Shown one piece after another: positions 37,778-50,365 of a stretch of DNA of 64,000 nt; within the stretch, counting starts at the first letter, position 1; each line of letters begins with the position of its first letter. Below the pieces are notes generated by a model that saw only the letters and a program-made list of their open reading frames with translations, had not been told where the DNA came from and ran no database searches. The stretch covers positions 14,534-78,533 of the forward strand of contig MU271240.1 of assembly GCA_021432655.1 (NCBI GenBank). The letters are read 5' to 3'. The position numbers were made by a program, and so were the translations under genes. Source of the DNA: Atractiella rhizophila. Lineage: Eukaryota.

Positions 37778-39955
37778 TTTATCGATTGAGTTAAGTGGAA
37801 GGTGAACTTGAAGAAACGACTCAGTCGGAATGCGTTAAAGCTGTGGTAGATAGAAAACGAGGGTCGAAAAGAACGAAGGGCTCAGCCGATGGGGAGCCTT
37901 CATCCACCAAAGGAGCTGGGTTTTTATACCCCGTTGCTAAGACGCGTTTCCAGCCGGGATTCGTGCTCAGATGCGACATGCAGAGCCATGCAGAGCGGAG
38001 TTGAAGCCGACAATTTGACAAGACAAAGGATAACTTCTGAGTCATGATCTTGGCACAATGCAACGCGCCGAACCACTCCGACGCATTACGGAGTTGTTTT
38101 CGTGGAATACGTTCCAGAAGGGGAGATCTACGAAGGCATGCGGCAAAGCTCCCAAACATTCTTCCAGTTGTTGCGCACGGTGACATAGAGGGGAAGGCGC
38201 CGAAATACTCCCTGAGGACGGCCGAAGGAAATTTAATCACTATCGAATCTTTTTTGGGAAAGTGGGACGCCGAATCGGCGAGTTCGATCTAGCTATGAGC
38301 TTGTAAAAGGATGCGCGGATGCGTTCGTGGATGGAGAGCTTCATGACCTTCTGGTCCCAAAAAGCTCGTTAATAGGGGGAAAAAATGCTGCTCCCCTGGC
38401 TGGTCCACTCATTTATGACTCACATTTGCTTCCACATTTGTAACGCTCCCAACCCTGTCCACTACATTTCAATTAGTACGGTATTAGACTGATCATTTGA
38501 AATTCCCGCATTACGAGGGTGATCAACAAACGACTTCCATTGGCATTTATGTTTGCCTCACTGGAGTCCGAGTGGAGACATCATTAGGGACAGAGACGAG
38601 ATTTTCCGGGCATCATTTCTCCCATCAAACCCATAACTTTCGAAATAGAAGACTCGAACCGCCATTAGAACGCTCCACGGCGTAGCTGCCTAGCTGGCTG
38701 TTTATCCTTGGACTAGACTTACTTCGCTTCGTGTGTAACACGCGCACCATAACTCCCAACGAACATTTCAGAAGCCGTTGTCTAATTTGCACACTGTCTG
38801 TCTCAATTTCTCCCAACCCTAAACCTCTTGGGACGTCGTTCCACTCAGTTCTTCGCTCAGCTGCACAATTATTTCCAGCTGTAACTTCAAATGAGTGGCT
38901 AGCTAGGCACCCAGTGCAATCGCATAAGGCTGAATCTAATCACTCTTTCCCTGATTCGGATGAAAACCTGGACCTTTCGGATGGGAACAAAATCTTTCGG
39001 CAGTCGTATCAAATCCGAGGATTCACGCAGATTCTTCAATATGCCCTCTGATCCGAACTGATTCGAACCAAATAGAATTTGAAACACTTTCGAGTATAGG
39101 ATTCCCGAACAGTTGAGTTTTCAGGCAAGGGACGCAAGATTTCGCGAGCCAGCACGGAACCTTGACAGCCCTCCTTTGAGTGTGACTCTCTGATCAATTC
39201 CGGTTTCGAAATCACGCTTCGTTGGGGCATCACCGACTGACAAGTGCAAGTACTTGAGCGGCATAATGACTGGGACGCAGGCGTACGAAGACTGGACGCC
39301 TAGATGAGCACAGACATCTCCTTCGACGCCTCCGAGTGCTCAATGGACTCCACTGTTGACCCCGCTCGACTGCGACTTTATGTTATCCACCGCCTGTCTC
39401 CTACGCATTGCCAACCCCCTCTCCTCTATCATCATACCCCGCGGAACCAAACTGTTCTCCTGCAAATGAAGGTTTTCTGCAATCTCTCTCTTTCTCCTTC
39501 TCCAACATCTCCCCTTCGGTACGTTACCTCTCGCCTATGAATCGGCTCTTCACGATACTCACATGCGTATTGCACCCGCATAGAGACTTGTTAAGGCTTT
39601 TCTGTCACTCGTTCTTGAAAATGTAGAATGGCATATGAGTCTCTCGCTGGATAGGAGGGATACTTTACCCGTTGCAACACAGGAGTTCAATTCAAAAATT
39701 TGTATAAGATCACATTCAGACAAGACTTGAAATACAATGCCTGCGTTTGCTACAAATCAAGTTGCACCATCGGGAAGGCGATTGTGCGTGCAAGGCGAAA
39801 AATCGCCGCAGTCGTTCTCGACTCGTTCGGTTTACTTCATGTTATTTCCTAGATGAACAATACGTGCAAATGTAAAGAATAAAATGGAGTCCGTTGTCAC
39901 AAGCTTCACGAGCGACGAGTCTGCCTCGCATCGTAATAAAGGCACCGTTCGAATA

Positions 39956-42900
39956 TTACGATTCCGAGCTCGAAGTGATATGCACAGACGTGGAAGATCT
40001 TTCCTCCTCCGCAAGAGTACTTGAATGCGGACTGGCGACCAAAATCGACGAGTGCTTCCATCGATCCGCATGTTCTCCCACATTTGCGGTGTTCTGGAGA
40101 CCGGAACGGCGAGAGAGATCAACGTAGCGTGAAGGAGTTGTAAGAAATCCCTGGTCTTCACCCTGGTCCTCATTAAACGAATTACGGAGAGAAAAGGCGA
40201 AATAACCGTCCGTTTTCTCTTCAGATCCTTTGGGCGAAGACGAGGGAACTGACAAGGTGAGAATTGTCTTTCCCTTAGATTGCGCCCACCGATTTGTTGA
40301 CATTCCTAGCCGCGATCGAGAGGTATCAAGCTCAGAGTCGGAGGCCTCGTCAATCACCGGAGGAGATTCAGAGGTCTGAAATGGTACGGCTCGTTTCTCC
40401 GGGACAGGTGAATGAGCATGGTCTTCGCTATCCTTTATGACGACACGAAAGTACGAGTCGCCTACCGCAATTCTCCCGATCGAAGTTTGGTTGAGCAAAA
40501 AACGAACTGATTCAAAAGTTACAAGTGAAGTCCCAAGGAGAGAAATACAGACGGTAATCGAGGTTTACTTTGCCAGTTAAAAGGAGCACCGCAATGTACA
40601 GTAGGACTAGCGTCCAAATGGAAAGGACTATCAATGCTGGTATGGCAAAGATGATGTCGTAAGTGATCACAATGTCGTTAGGTGTAACGTTGAGCGTGTT
40701 CGCATATGCAGTCCCAACCACGTTGTTGGCGAACTTATCAGTAAAGATGAGGTTCACTACTTTCGCCTACATGACGATGGAAAGGTTAATGGGGCGAGTC
40801 CTTATCGATGGGAGGACAAACTGGGGCCGTATTCGTGTCCGCTTGGTAGTAACTCTGCCATTTCGCCAGAAGGGCAGAGTTGACAGAACCATCGTACAGA
40901 CTTGAGTCGAACAATTCGGATGGCCAAATGGAGCGTATGAGGGAACTTGCTATCATCCAACTGCCAGTCAACTCGCTGAACGGCTGGAAATTATGCTAAG
41001 CGCACGTTGAAGCGCCTCCCATAAAAAGGGTGCTATTTCTGAACCCGCGGGAATGTAAAATCGATCGGATCGGATGGTATGGAGGTCTGGATCATCGTGC
41101 CTAAAGTACAGAAATGTTAGCAGCCCTCTCTCCCATTTGTGCAGCAAAACTGGACTCCCCATTCATCGTTCACTCTGCCATAGACTGGCTCAATGTAGTT
41201 GAGTATCCATGAGTCAAGGTTCTCCATTCCCCAGAGCACATTTCGTTGAATATTCTCAGGGTCTCGTTTGATGTCCAGCTCTGAAAGCCGTTGCTCTGTC
41301 TGGTTATACTTAAATTCGAGAGTCTGTATTGCAAGCCTGACGGTCGAAGCACAGAAGTGCAAAGGCTGATACCAGGTGACATTGCCTTCTCGTCGCCTCG
41401 GATCGCCATGATCTAATCGATTCGGCGCGCCAAGTACATATGAGCATTGGACTGTCGAAACTCCAATCAACCAAATTCTTATAGACAGAAAAAAGTAAGA
41501 TACAACCTTGAACAGTGCTCATGTTAACAGGATCTCTGCCTCCATACGCAGTGCAGAGCGACGAGGCATTTAGGGCGGCGTCATCATAATAACTGTCGAA
41601 CCCGAAAAAGGTAGAGAATTCCGGAAAGGTGACGGAACCTTCAGAGAGAGTCTTGTTGAGTGGCACCGTAAAGCCTTCGAACGTCTGATTTCGAGATAAG
41701 TTCCGAGCATCCATCATGAGGTTATTTAAACGAGCCGCAGTTGCGAAAGAACGTTCCCATAGGTTAATCTTTTGTCCTTCCCAATAATCAGCTGCAAACG
41801 TCGGGGCTGGGTTTGTGCTGGCTTGTCTTTAGTTCAATTAGATATAGAAGGACCGCACATACAGATTCCAAAATCCCCCATGGTCGACTAGTTTGACCTC
41901 TTCAGCCTCAAGGGACGCATTGCTCGTGAATTGCAAAGTAAGGTTGGTATTAATGCATTCAGTGACCTAAAATCTCCAAAATTCGAAATGAAATTCGGAA
42001 GAAACAAAAATGGTATACCGGTTCAATCCATAGAACATCCTGGTTCCAAGTTGCCCCATTGTTGTCGATTGCTGGGAAGGTATGGTTTAACAAACCGATT
42101 CCAGGGCGTTGGTCTCCCATGTCAACAACAGCCCCTGAATAACAGAGCAATCAGTGCTGGAGAGACCTATGGTCAGGAAACCTCGCCTTCGATAGCAAAA
42201 ATGCCTTCCCTGAGGATGAAACTTTCCATTTGCACTGTGTAGCCCATAGATAACAGTGTATCATTGTAGCGTTCATCGTAGATTCCGTTATAAAAGCTAA
42301 TAGTATCGATCAGAAAGGAAATGTGGATCAAGGTCGGAAGCTTACTTGCGAAACTGCATGGCCAGGGTGGAATACTCCGGTGAAAACTTGGTGGTAATAT
42401 TTAGTGGGATGATGCTACTGCGAATGTCTTGTCCAGGGCATGCTAGATTAACAGGAGGCAACAGTGGATCTCCTGTCGGATAGCCACAAAACCGTCCACT
42501 GCGGTAGTCGTCTCTTGGACTCATTGATTTTCCCACGTAGCTATCGTCCGTCACGTATCTTGTGCGGACCGTCTGATGAGGGCGTTCTTTCCTGCCTGTA
42601 TCGAGGCCGAGCGGAGTAATGACACCTGTTTGACAGCTTTAACAATACAAAACATGGATTATGCAAAGAAACAGACCGGCAACTGCCGTGAGAATCCATG
42701 TTACAATCACCAAACCATTGAAAAGTAATACGCGGCGATCCAAACCCTTTCGTGAAGCAGAATCAGTGGACAGAATGGTTGGCCAGAGAGAGGAGTGAAG
42801 AGTTTTCGCCAGATTCGACCAGGTGACGGCAGAGTTGGTTGTTTTGATGAAGGAAATGAGACAGAGGACGAGGCCTATGCTCGATATGTCACGAGTGGGA

Positions 42901-43014
42901 CATTTGAGAGGGGAAAGGACATTCGAGGAAACACCTGCCTAAACCCAGTGTGAACTGGACAATGAAAATGCCCAAGTTGATCAGAGTAGCTACTTGTGCC
43001 ACTGACAACAACAT
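39956..43014 (-). CDS. Uncharacterised fungal membrane protein, paralog 1 (multi-exon)
   Basis: Starts MLLSVAQVATLINLG. Exon-by-exon similarity to 43733-46743 (GIGLLNHTFP, QDVLWIEP, WYQPLHFCAS, ITYDIIFAIPALIVL). Confidence 0.75.
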
Positions 43015-44193
43015 ATCTTCGTGTTTGACCCAAAGGTATGAAGAATCGTGAGGAAAGATTCCACTATAAATCCATTGCGGCGTGCAACTTGAGATCTTGA
43101 GAGCTTGGGCAGGACAGGGCGACTCTTCGTAATAAAGAGGGAAGGAAATCCACTTTCAAATTTCACGACATACATCTGCGTCCGATACTAAGTTCAAGTC
43201 TAGTGAGTGACGTGACATTCATCGTTCTAGCAGTTAACACTTACAGTTTGTGCATAGAACAGGACACTCGCTTACCTTCGAAGTCCCCAAGGCCATGGGC
43301 GAAAGTATCCGATGATATATCTCCACCACTACATAACCATGACGGGCAACCACGATGACGGCGACGACCATGCTGACATAACCCACTGGCTCCCGCCCGT
43401 ATGAATCAACTTTAATTGATCTCAATTTCCTGATCCTTCCATCCACAGAGCCGTCACTGACAAAGGCTATGACCCACAACGAAACAAACAAACCGCTGTC
43501 AATGTAGGTTTTACAAGTGCATGTTTAGCGGCTTGATATTCGAATTCAGGTATTCACGTACCGGCGCAGGAGTTTAGCGCCAAGTCTTGTTGCACTGTGT
43601 TGCAGAAGGCGCCTCTTAACACCTGTCCTGCCCAAGTTCGAGTGCTGCCCAATTCCACTGACAGTTTTTGTGTGAAGTTGAATATTTCATCACTCAGCTT
43701 CGTAGCACCATACTTGAGCCAAATAAGAAAATATGTTGTTATCAGTGGCACAGGTAGCCACTTTGATCAACTTGGGCATGTTCATTGTCCAGTTCATGCT
43801 GGGTTTGGGTACGGCCGGGCTGTCTTTAGTCCTTTCCCTCCTCAAAAATCTCACTCCTGTATGGAGCATAGGCCTCGTCCTCTGTCTCATTTCCTTCATC
43901 AAAACAACCAACTCTGCCGTCACCTGGTCGAATCTGGCGAAAACTCTTCACTCCTCTCTCTGGCCAACCATTCTGTCCACTGATTCCGCCTCACGAAAGG
44001 GTTTGGATCGCCGCGTATCACTTTTCAACGGTTTGGTGATTGTAACATGGATTCTCACGGCAGTTGCCGGTCTGTTTCTTTGCATAATCCATGTTTTGTA
44101 TTGTTAAAGCTGTCAAACAGGTGTCATTACTCCGCTCGGCCTCGATACAGGCAGGAAAGAACGCCCTCATCAGACGGTCCGCACAAGATACGT
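42553..44193. repeat. Inverted repeat with 330-bp arms (42553-42882 / 43864-44193)
   Basis: The arms differ at about 4 positions by eye and the enclosed intron is identical. Confidence 0.92.
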
Positions 44194-46743
44194 CATGGAT
44201 GACAGCAACGTAGGAAAATCAATGAGTCCGAGAGATGCCTACCGTAGTGGACGGTATTGCGGAGTCTTTGGATATTCAACTGCAGATTATCGATCCTGTC
44301 CTGGACAAGATATCCACAGTGGCATCATCCCGTCGAATATCACGAGCAAGTTCTCATCAGAGTACTCCACGCTGACCATGCAGTTCCGCAAGTAAATTTT
44401 TATACCCTGATTTCCGTTTCCTGTCTGACGCCTCAATAGCTTTTATAACGGGGTTTACAAAGAACAATACGGTGATGCAGTATTTTCTGTAGGCTATATG
44501 GCACAGATGGACACATTCACTCTCAGAGAAGGTATTTTTGGGATTGAAGGCGAGGTTCTAGATCATCTTTTTTCTTTTAGACTCATTGGTGATGGTTAAG
44601 GGGCCGTTGTTGATGTGGGGAAACATCCTGGAATCGGTTTATTGAACCATACCTTCCCAACAATAGATAACGACGGAGCGAGTTGGACGCAAGATGTTCT
44701 TTGGATTGAGCCGGTACGCCCGTTTTGTTTTGCATGAGCTTCTGTTGAAATGAGGGTATCGGAGGTCACCGTATGCGTCAATACGAATCTTACCTTGGAA
44801 TACACGACCGCTGATAAGTACTATACGTGGCTTACCACTTTGGATATCGTAGATCATGGAGGGTTTTACAATCTGTATCCCTCTTTTTTTTCTTCTTCTG
44901 TCTAATCAAACTAATGACGAGGCAGGACGGACGCAGCCCCGAACTTTGCGGACTACGGGGAAGGACAGAAAGGAAACCTGTGGGAACATGCATTTGCTGG
45001 TGCCACTCGTTTGAACTTCATCATGATGGATTCTCGAAACATATCTCAAAACGAAACGTTCGAAGGATATAGAGTGCCCACGAATCGTTCTTCTATCGGG
45101 GGATTAGGCTCCTTGTCTTTTGGTGAGCTCGGCAGCATGTTGATGGATGTTCCCTCGACCTCCGACGCTTACTGTCAAGGGGGTGGAGACTTGACCTTTG
45201 GTTCACCAGATCTGAGGAGGATTGCAGGTTCGTCCTTTCATTTCATATCTATCGACGTTCCTCTGATTGTCAGATGTTTCAAAAGTGTATTGCTCTTTTG
45301 TCACAGGGATACCAAATCGGCTGGATCATAGAGATTCAAGACGCCAAGGTGCAAACGTGACGTGGTATCAACCATTGCATGTTTGTGCTTCAGCGACCAG
45401 GCTGGCAATACAGACTCTCAAATTCGGATATAACGGGACAATACAAAGACTTTCAGATTTGAACATTAAACGAGACCCCGAGAACGTTCAACGAAATGTG
45501 CTCTGGGGAATGGAAAAGCTCGATTCATGGTCGTCCGTTGATATCGAGCCTGTCTACGGTAAAGTCAACGATGAATGGTAGGCTCTGAATGCTTTGTAAG
45601 ACAAGTGGAAAAGCACGGCATTAACCTTGGCACTAGGCAGGATGATCCTGATCTTCATACCTTACGGTCAGATCGATTCTATGTCCCTAGAGGTTCATCA
45701 GACCGGTTACAGGGTTGGTCTCACTTTGTGCATATCGTAGCCATTTGCCAGTCTGATGTGTCGAACTTGGAACCGCAGGAAGTTCTATGCTGGACGCTGC
45801 TTGGTCGGCCGTTCATAGTCACACCAAAGATGATCATTCCTCGCTCGGTTTTTACTCTGGAGACAGCTTTCAGCTAGATGGATCATCCAGCTTTGCACTT
45901 TTGGCGAAATGGCGGAGCTACTACCAGGATAATCCAGATACAGCGCCTGTTCGTCTTCCCCTCGTCACGATTCTCACGTCGTTGAGTCTATCCTAGGCAA
46001 AGGTAGCAAACCTTATGTTTACAGATAGGATAGCCAATAACTTGGTTGGGACTGCGTATGCAAACACGTTGAATGTTCGTCCTAGCGACACTGCAATCAC
46101 TTACGACATTATCTTTGCCATACCAGCACTAATAATCCTTTCGATTTGGGTGCCTGTTCTAGTGTACACTGCCATACTTCTCTTGACCGGCAAAGTGACA
46201 TTTGATTATCGTTTGTCTTTCTCTCTCTCGAGCGTTCACGTCTAAACTTTTGAATCAGTTCGTTTTCTGCTCAATCAGACTTCGATCGGGAGAACAGTGG
46301 TTGGCGACTCGTACTTTCGTGTTGTAAAAGAGGATAGCGAAGACCATACCTATTCCCCCGTTTCCGAGAAACGAACTGGACCATCACAGACCTCCGCTTC
46401 CCCTCGAAAGACAGGCAGAAAATTGATTGACGATACTTATTACACCGCGTCTGATACCTTTCAATCGCGTCCCCGAATGACAACAAGACGATGGCTGGAA
46501 TCGGGGGGAAAGACCCTTCTCACCTTGTCAGTTCCCACGTCACACAGGAAAACTGAAAAGGGAATGGACCGTTTTTTCGTCTCCTCTGTCTCTAATTCGC
46601 TTAACGATGATCAAGGAGAAGGCGACGCATTTCTGTCAACTTCTTCCCGCAATGTTAATTTGCCTAGACCTCCCGATCTCGAAAACGAGGCACACTTAGG
46701 GGGGCCGGAGGATAGATGGAAGCATTCAATCGATGGTCAGTAG
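43733..46743 (+). CDS. Uncharacterised fungal membrane protein, paralog 2 (multi-exon)
   Basis: N-terminal hydrophobic helices, NSAVTW...LHSSLWPTIL, ITPLGL, a Cys-containing luminal region and a C-terminal TM (IFAIPALIILSIW). Confidence 0.78.
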
Positions 46744-47465
46744 CCCACTTCACGCCTTCGTATGGAGGAGGAAGCATGCATTCTCAATGCTGCAGAATCA
46801 ATCCTACAGTTGCTGCCTTTACGCTCATATTGTTTCATTGTAGCACCTATAGCGTCATCTGTAGAATAGATTGTATACAAGAGATGGTCACGTATGGAAT
46901 AAAAATGCAGTTAGTGGCTTGTAGCCTAACTCCAGCGGCACACCAACGACCAAGCAGCTTCGCCAAAGCAGGCAGCAAACTGGCCGGAGGCCGCAAGCAA
47001 AAATGGTTTTGCGCTTCAATTTTGAGAAATTTGCAGCCAAAAAGCAGGTCAAAACTGGTCGACCAGTTTTATCGCCGACCAACTCCGACCCTTGGGCGAT
47101 GTGTACACTGTAAGGGCATGCAGGCACTTATAAATTGAGTCCAAACTGCTTCATATTAAGATTGCATTATGCTACGAATGCTGCTGCCTATGGGCATTGG
47201 CAATTGGAAGCAGCAACCAAAGAATTTCGAGTGGCGGACAGATAAATTTCTCCCGTGTGAGTTTGGTAGCAGTGACATGGAAGAGTTGTAAGACGCTCGC
47301 TTACCTTCAAGGTGGAGTTGGAGTCATCATGGTCACTTTTGACAGAATCGTGCGCCTCCTCCTTTCGCCACTTGCGCACTTGCGCGTTTCGTTTCCTTCG
47401 AGCACTTTCTGGAACTGTGGTCAATCTTTTGCCACAGGGATCTCTCTGTTATAAAAGCTTGTAAA

Positions 47466-47572
47466 CCTGCAAGTGCGAGACTTATACTCATTGCTATCTC
47501 GCACTTCGCAGGTAATGTAGTTTCCTTACATACTCAATGCAATCATACTCATTGTTATCTCGCACTTCGCAG
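47466..47572. repeat. Short hairpin plus 28-bp direct repeat
   Basis: cctgcaagtgcgaga (47466-47480) pairs with tctcgcacttcgcagg (47497-47512). atactcattg(c/t)tatctcgcacttcgcag occurs at ~47484 and ~47545. Confidence 0.7.
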
Positions 47573-47889
47573 CGCTAATACATTTGGCAACTTTGAGTAA
47601 CCAAGTATTGCTTCCATATGAGTCTTCCCAACGTTCTTCACAGTTCCTCAACATGAACCAGAATCTAGCTGTTTCATACGTGAGTACAGTACTGTGAACA
47701 AACCCCAAGTCACCTGCAATGACACAAATACAGCTTTCTTTCTTCACCTCGACATCATCTCCACTGGCTGAAGAGAAGAGGTATGAGGTACTTCTCTGTC
47801 AAAAGACAGAGTTAGCGGAGCGTGATATAACGCTCTTCGGACCTGAGATGCTCTACGTGTGAAACATTGTAAGCCTGATAGCAAGAATG

Positions 47890-48310
47890 CGTACCACTGA
47901 GACAACACCAGGGATAAACACAAAAATTCGAATGGATCCTTGTCCACTTTTGTATAGCTTAGTGAAAATCATTTGCAAAATTTCGGCTGGAAGGCTCTCT
48001 CAGCTGCTTAACAGAAAGGAGAAAGGAACTTTCGCACAATCCCAATTGAGGAGGATGAAGCAGTAATGGATCAGGTGATGACGATTCTGCGAATTGAGGT
48101 CCGTTCGTAATCCCGTTAATCTAGTTCTCCTTGGGCTTCTGACTCCGAACAAATGGGCTTCAGATGTGATTAGCTCTGACCTGGACAAGTTTTCGACGAG
48201 GTACTGCATTGTAGCACCTAGCTTACATACGAAAGACCACCATCGGTTGGAGAAACCAGTCATCAACCAAGGTGGTGACTTCCGCCAGGGCATCTGCTGC
48301 TGAACGCAGG
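47890..48310 (-). pseudogene. Relic of the F-box-like family (5' exons)
   Basis: DALAEVTTLVDDWFL and LSS*ESLPAEILQMIF...FEFLCLS match DALAEVTALVDQWLL and FERLPAEILQMIF...FKLLCLS of 60522-62135. Confidence 0.75.
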
Positions 48311-50365
48311 GGCTCGAAATGATATGTTCATATATGCTGTTAGAGTGGAAAATAAACCAAAATAAAGTTGAAAGATTTATAGACCACTCGTCAACGCCGC
48401 CAGCGTTCGTATTCCTCGCTCACCAAGAAAAAGTTCTTTGTGCTGTAAGTGAAATACCTGCAACTTCGGCTTTGTAGGAGCAGGATTAACAACAAGATGT
48501 CATCAACGAACACCAATTACAATGAGGAGACTTCTTTGTTTTATAGCAATGTCATTGTTGAATTGTCCACATCCTTTCGTTGCAGTTCACCAACAACACC
48601 TTCTTTCGGCACAGTCTTGGCAATTTGGCGTACTTAGCTCCTGACTTAGCACTGATCCGCCAGATTTAAACTCGACTTCTCTTCGAACTCTTCGAAATGT
48701 AACAACCACTAATTCGTGCCCCCATCCTTTGATTCATGCTTGTGGCCCCCGCGCTATCTCTGGCGTTCATTCGTTGTCCTCTAGCGCTGTCTTTAGCACT
48801 GAGCTGTACCTTGCAAGTTACATGCAATAGCGGCACTTATGGCAGCACTTATCACTTCCAGTTCACGCCGTGTTAGGCACGTTTTCAGAATTCATTCGGG
48901 GCCATTGTGTGGAGATCGACTGTGGTTCTCTGAGGCGGGAGTTGATGAGATAGTGCAATATCATGTTCCTGAGCTTTCACATTCCCTTCAACCCATGTCC
49001 TTTATCAATATGCTGAAACAAATAAGCTCGCCGAAGATATCGGCCACCAATAGATGGGGTAGACAAACGAACGTTCATCACAAGCCGTAACCACACCATG
49101 CTGATGAAAGACTAGAAGGCTCACCTCGCACCTGTTACAAACACACCACGCGCTGCGATCCCACAAACCATTTCCTGGCGCTAGGTCAAACCCAGCATCA
49201 ACTCGATGCAGTCGCTATAGGTCAAGGGGTTCGTATATTGGTGCGAGTAGGCTTCTGAGCATGGACTGAGCTTTGGCTGCTATCGCTCACAGTTGGGCAC
49301 TGGTCAAGGAAGACATTGGCTACGACGTGGGTCCTTATCTCGGCTATTATCCGCTTAGGGATATTCTGATTTCGTGACGGACTGCAACACAATCTCTGGT
49401 CTCCTTCATCCTGCACGCCGGTTTTACGCATCAACGAAAACCTTATTTCTCCTTCACCTTCGGGAGTCACATTGATGTATTTCTTTGCCCTTGCTCCGTG
49501 GAACATTAATGCGGCGAGAAGGAATCTACTTCTCCGCTGCGACTTGTCTTGCATTCTTCACAATGTTTTCCTTTCCTCCATCATTGGTGCATGCGCGATG
49601 CATCATCCACGAAATCCATGGCTATACCCTCTTCTCCGGATGCTCATGATAGAGCTGGGACATAGGCCGAACAAGCACCAGCAGCTGGCTACTAGAATAG
49701 CAAGGACGAAGCGGGTTCGAGCAAATGGGTCCGCCCAGACAAAGTTCTAGAGCCTCATGGTCACTTCCCGATACAATTTTACACCTCCGCACGTTGGAGT
49801 TCACTACTTAGAACTTGTGAGGGTAGTTTCTTCTTCGTCCCGCCTTCACTATTTTACCGCGTAGTGCCGTCCGTCGAGTTTGCCTGAAGGTTTCCATTCT
49901 CGTGCAGGCGGGGTTGACCACGCGACGATAATCGAAGGGCGAGGTAGAAATGTCAAACGCAAGACGCTTGAGAGCGGTTCTACACCTTCCTCCAATATCT
50001 TTATCAACATACAGAAAATCACGCAAATCAGGATATCGAATTGTTTGTTGCTGTGCACTCTGTAGCTTTCGAACGTACCTTCATAGTCAGCAAGTGGCTC
50101 AATGCCGTTTAGCTTTAACTTTCCTATCTTCTGCATCAGCTATTGCACCGAGGACCATCAAGGGACGAGTAAATTATTCGGTGATATATAAGGTCTTCGA
50201 GCGGATCGTGGTCCCGTCCACGAACGTCTCTCCTTCCCCGAGTCAAGCTCGTCCAAGCCCTTCTCTCTTACATATACCGCACTCTTTCTATCTCCACTTT
50301 GGAGACCTTTTCATTCGCTTTGAACCACTTCGACTCCTCCGCTCACAGTCAGTCGCTAGCTCAAA

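Noticed and set aside
48839..50136. Short ORFs upstream of the lipoxygenase
   Set aside because: No motifs, splice pattern or paralog support.
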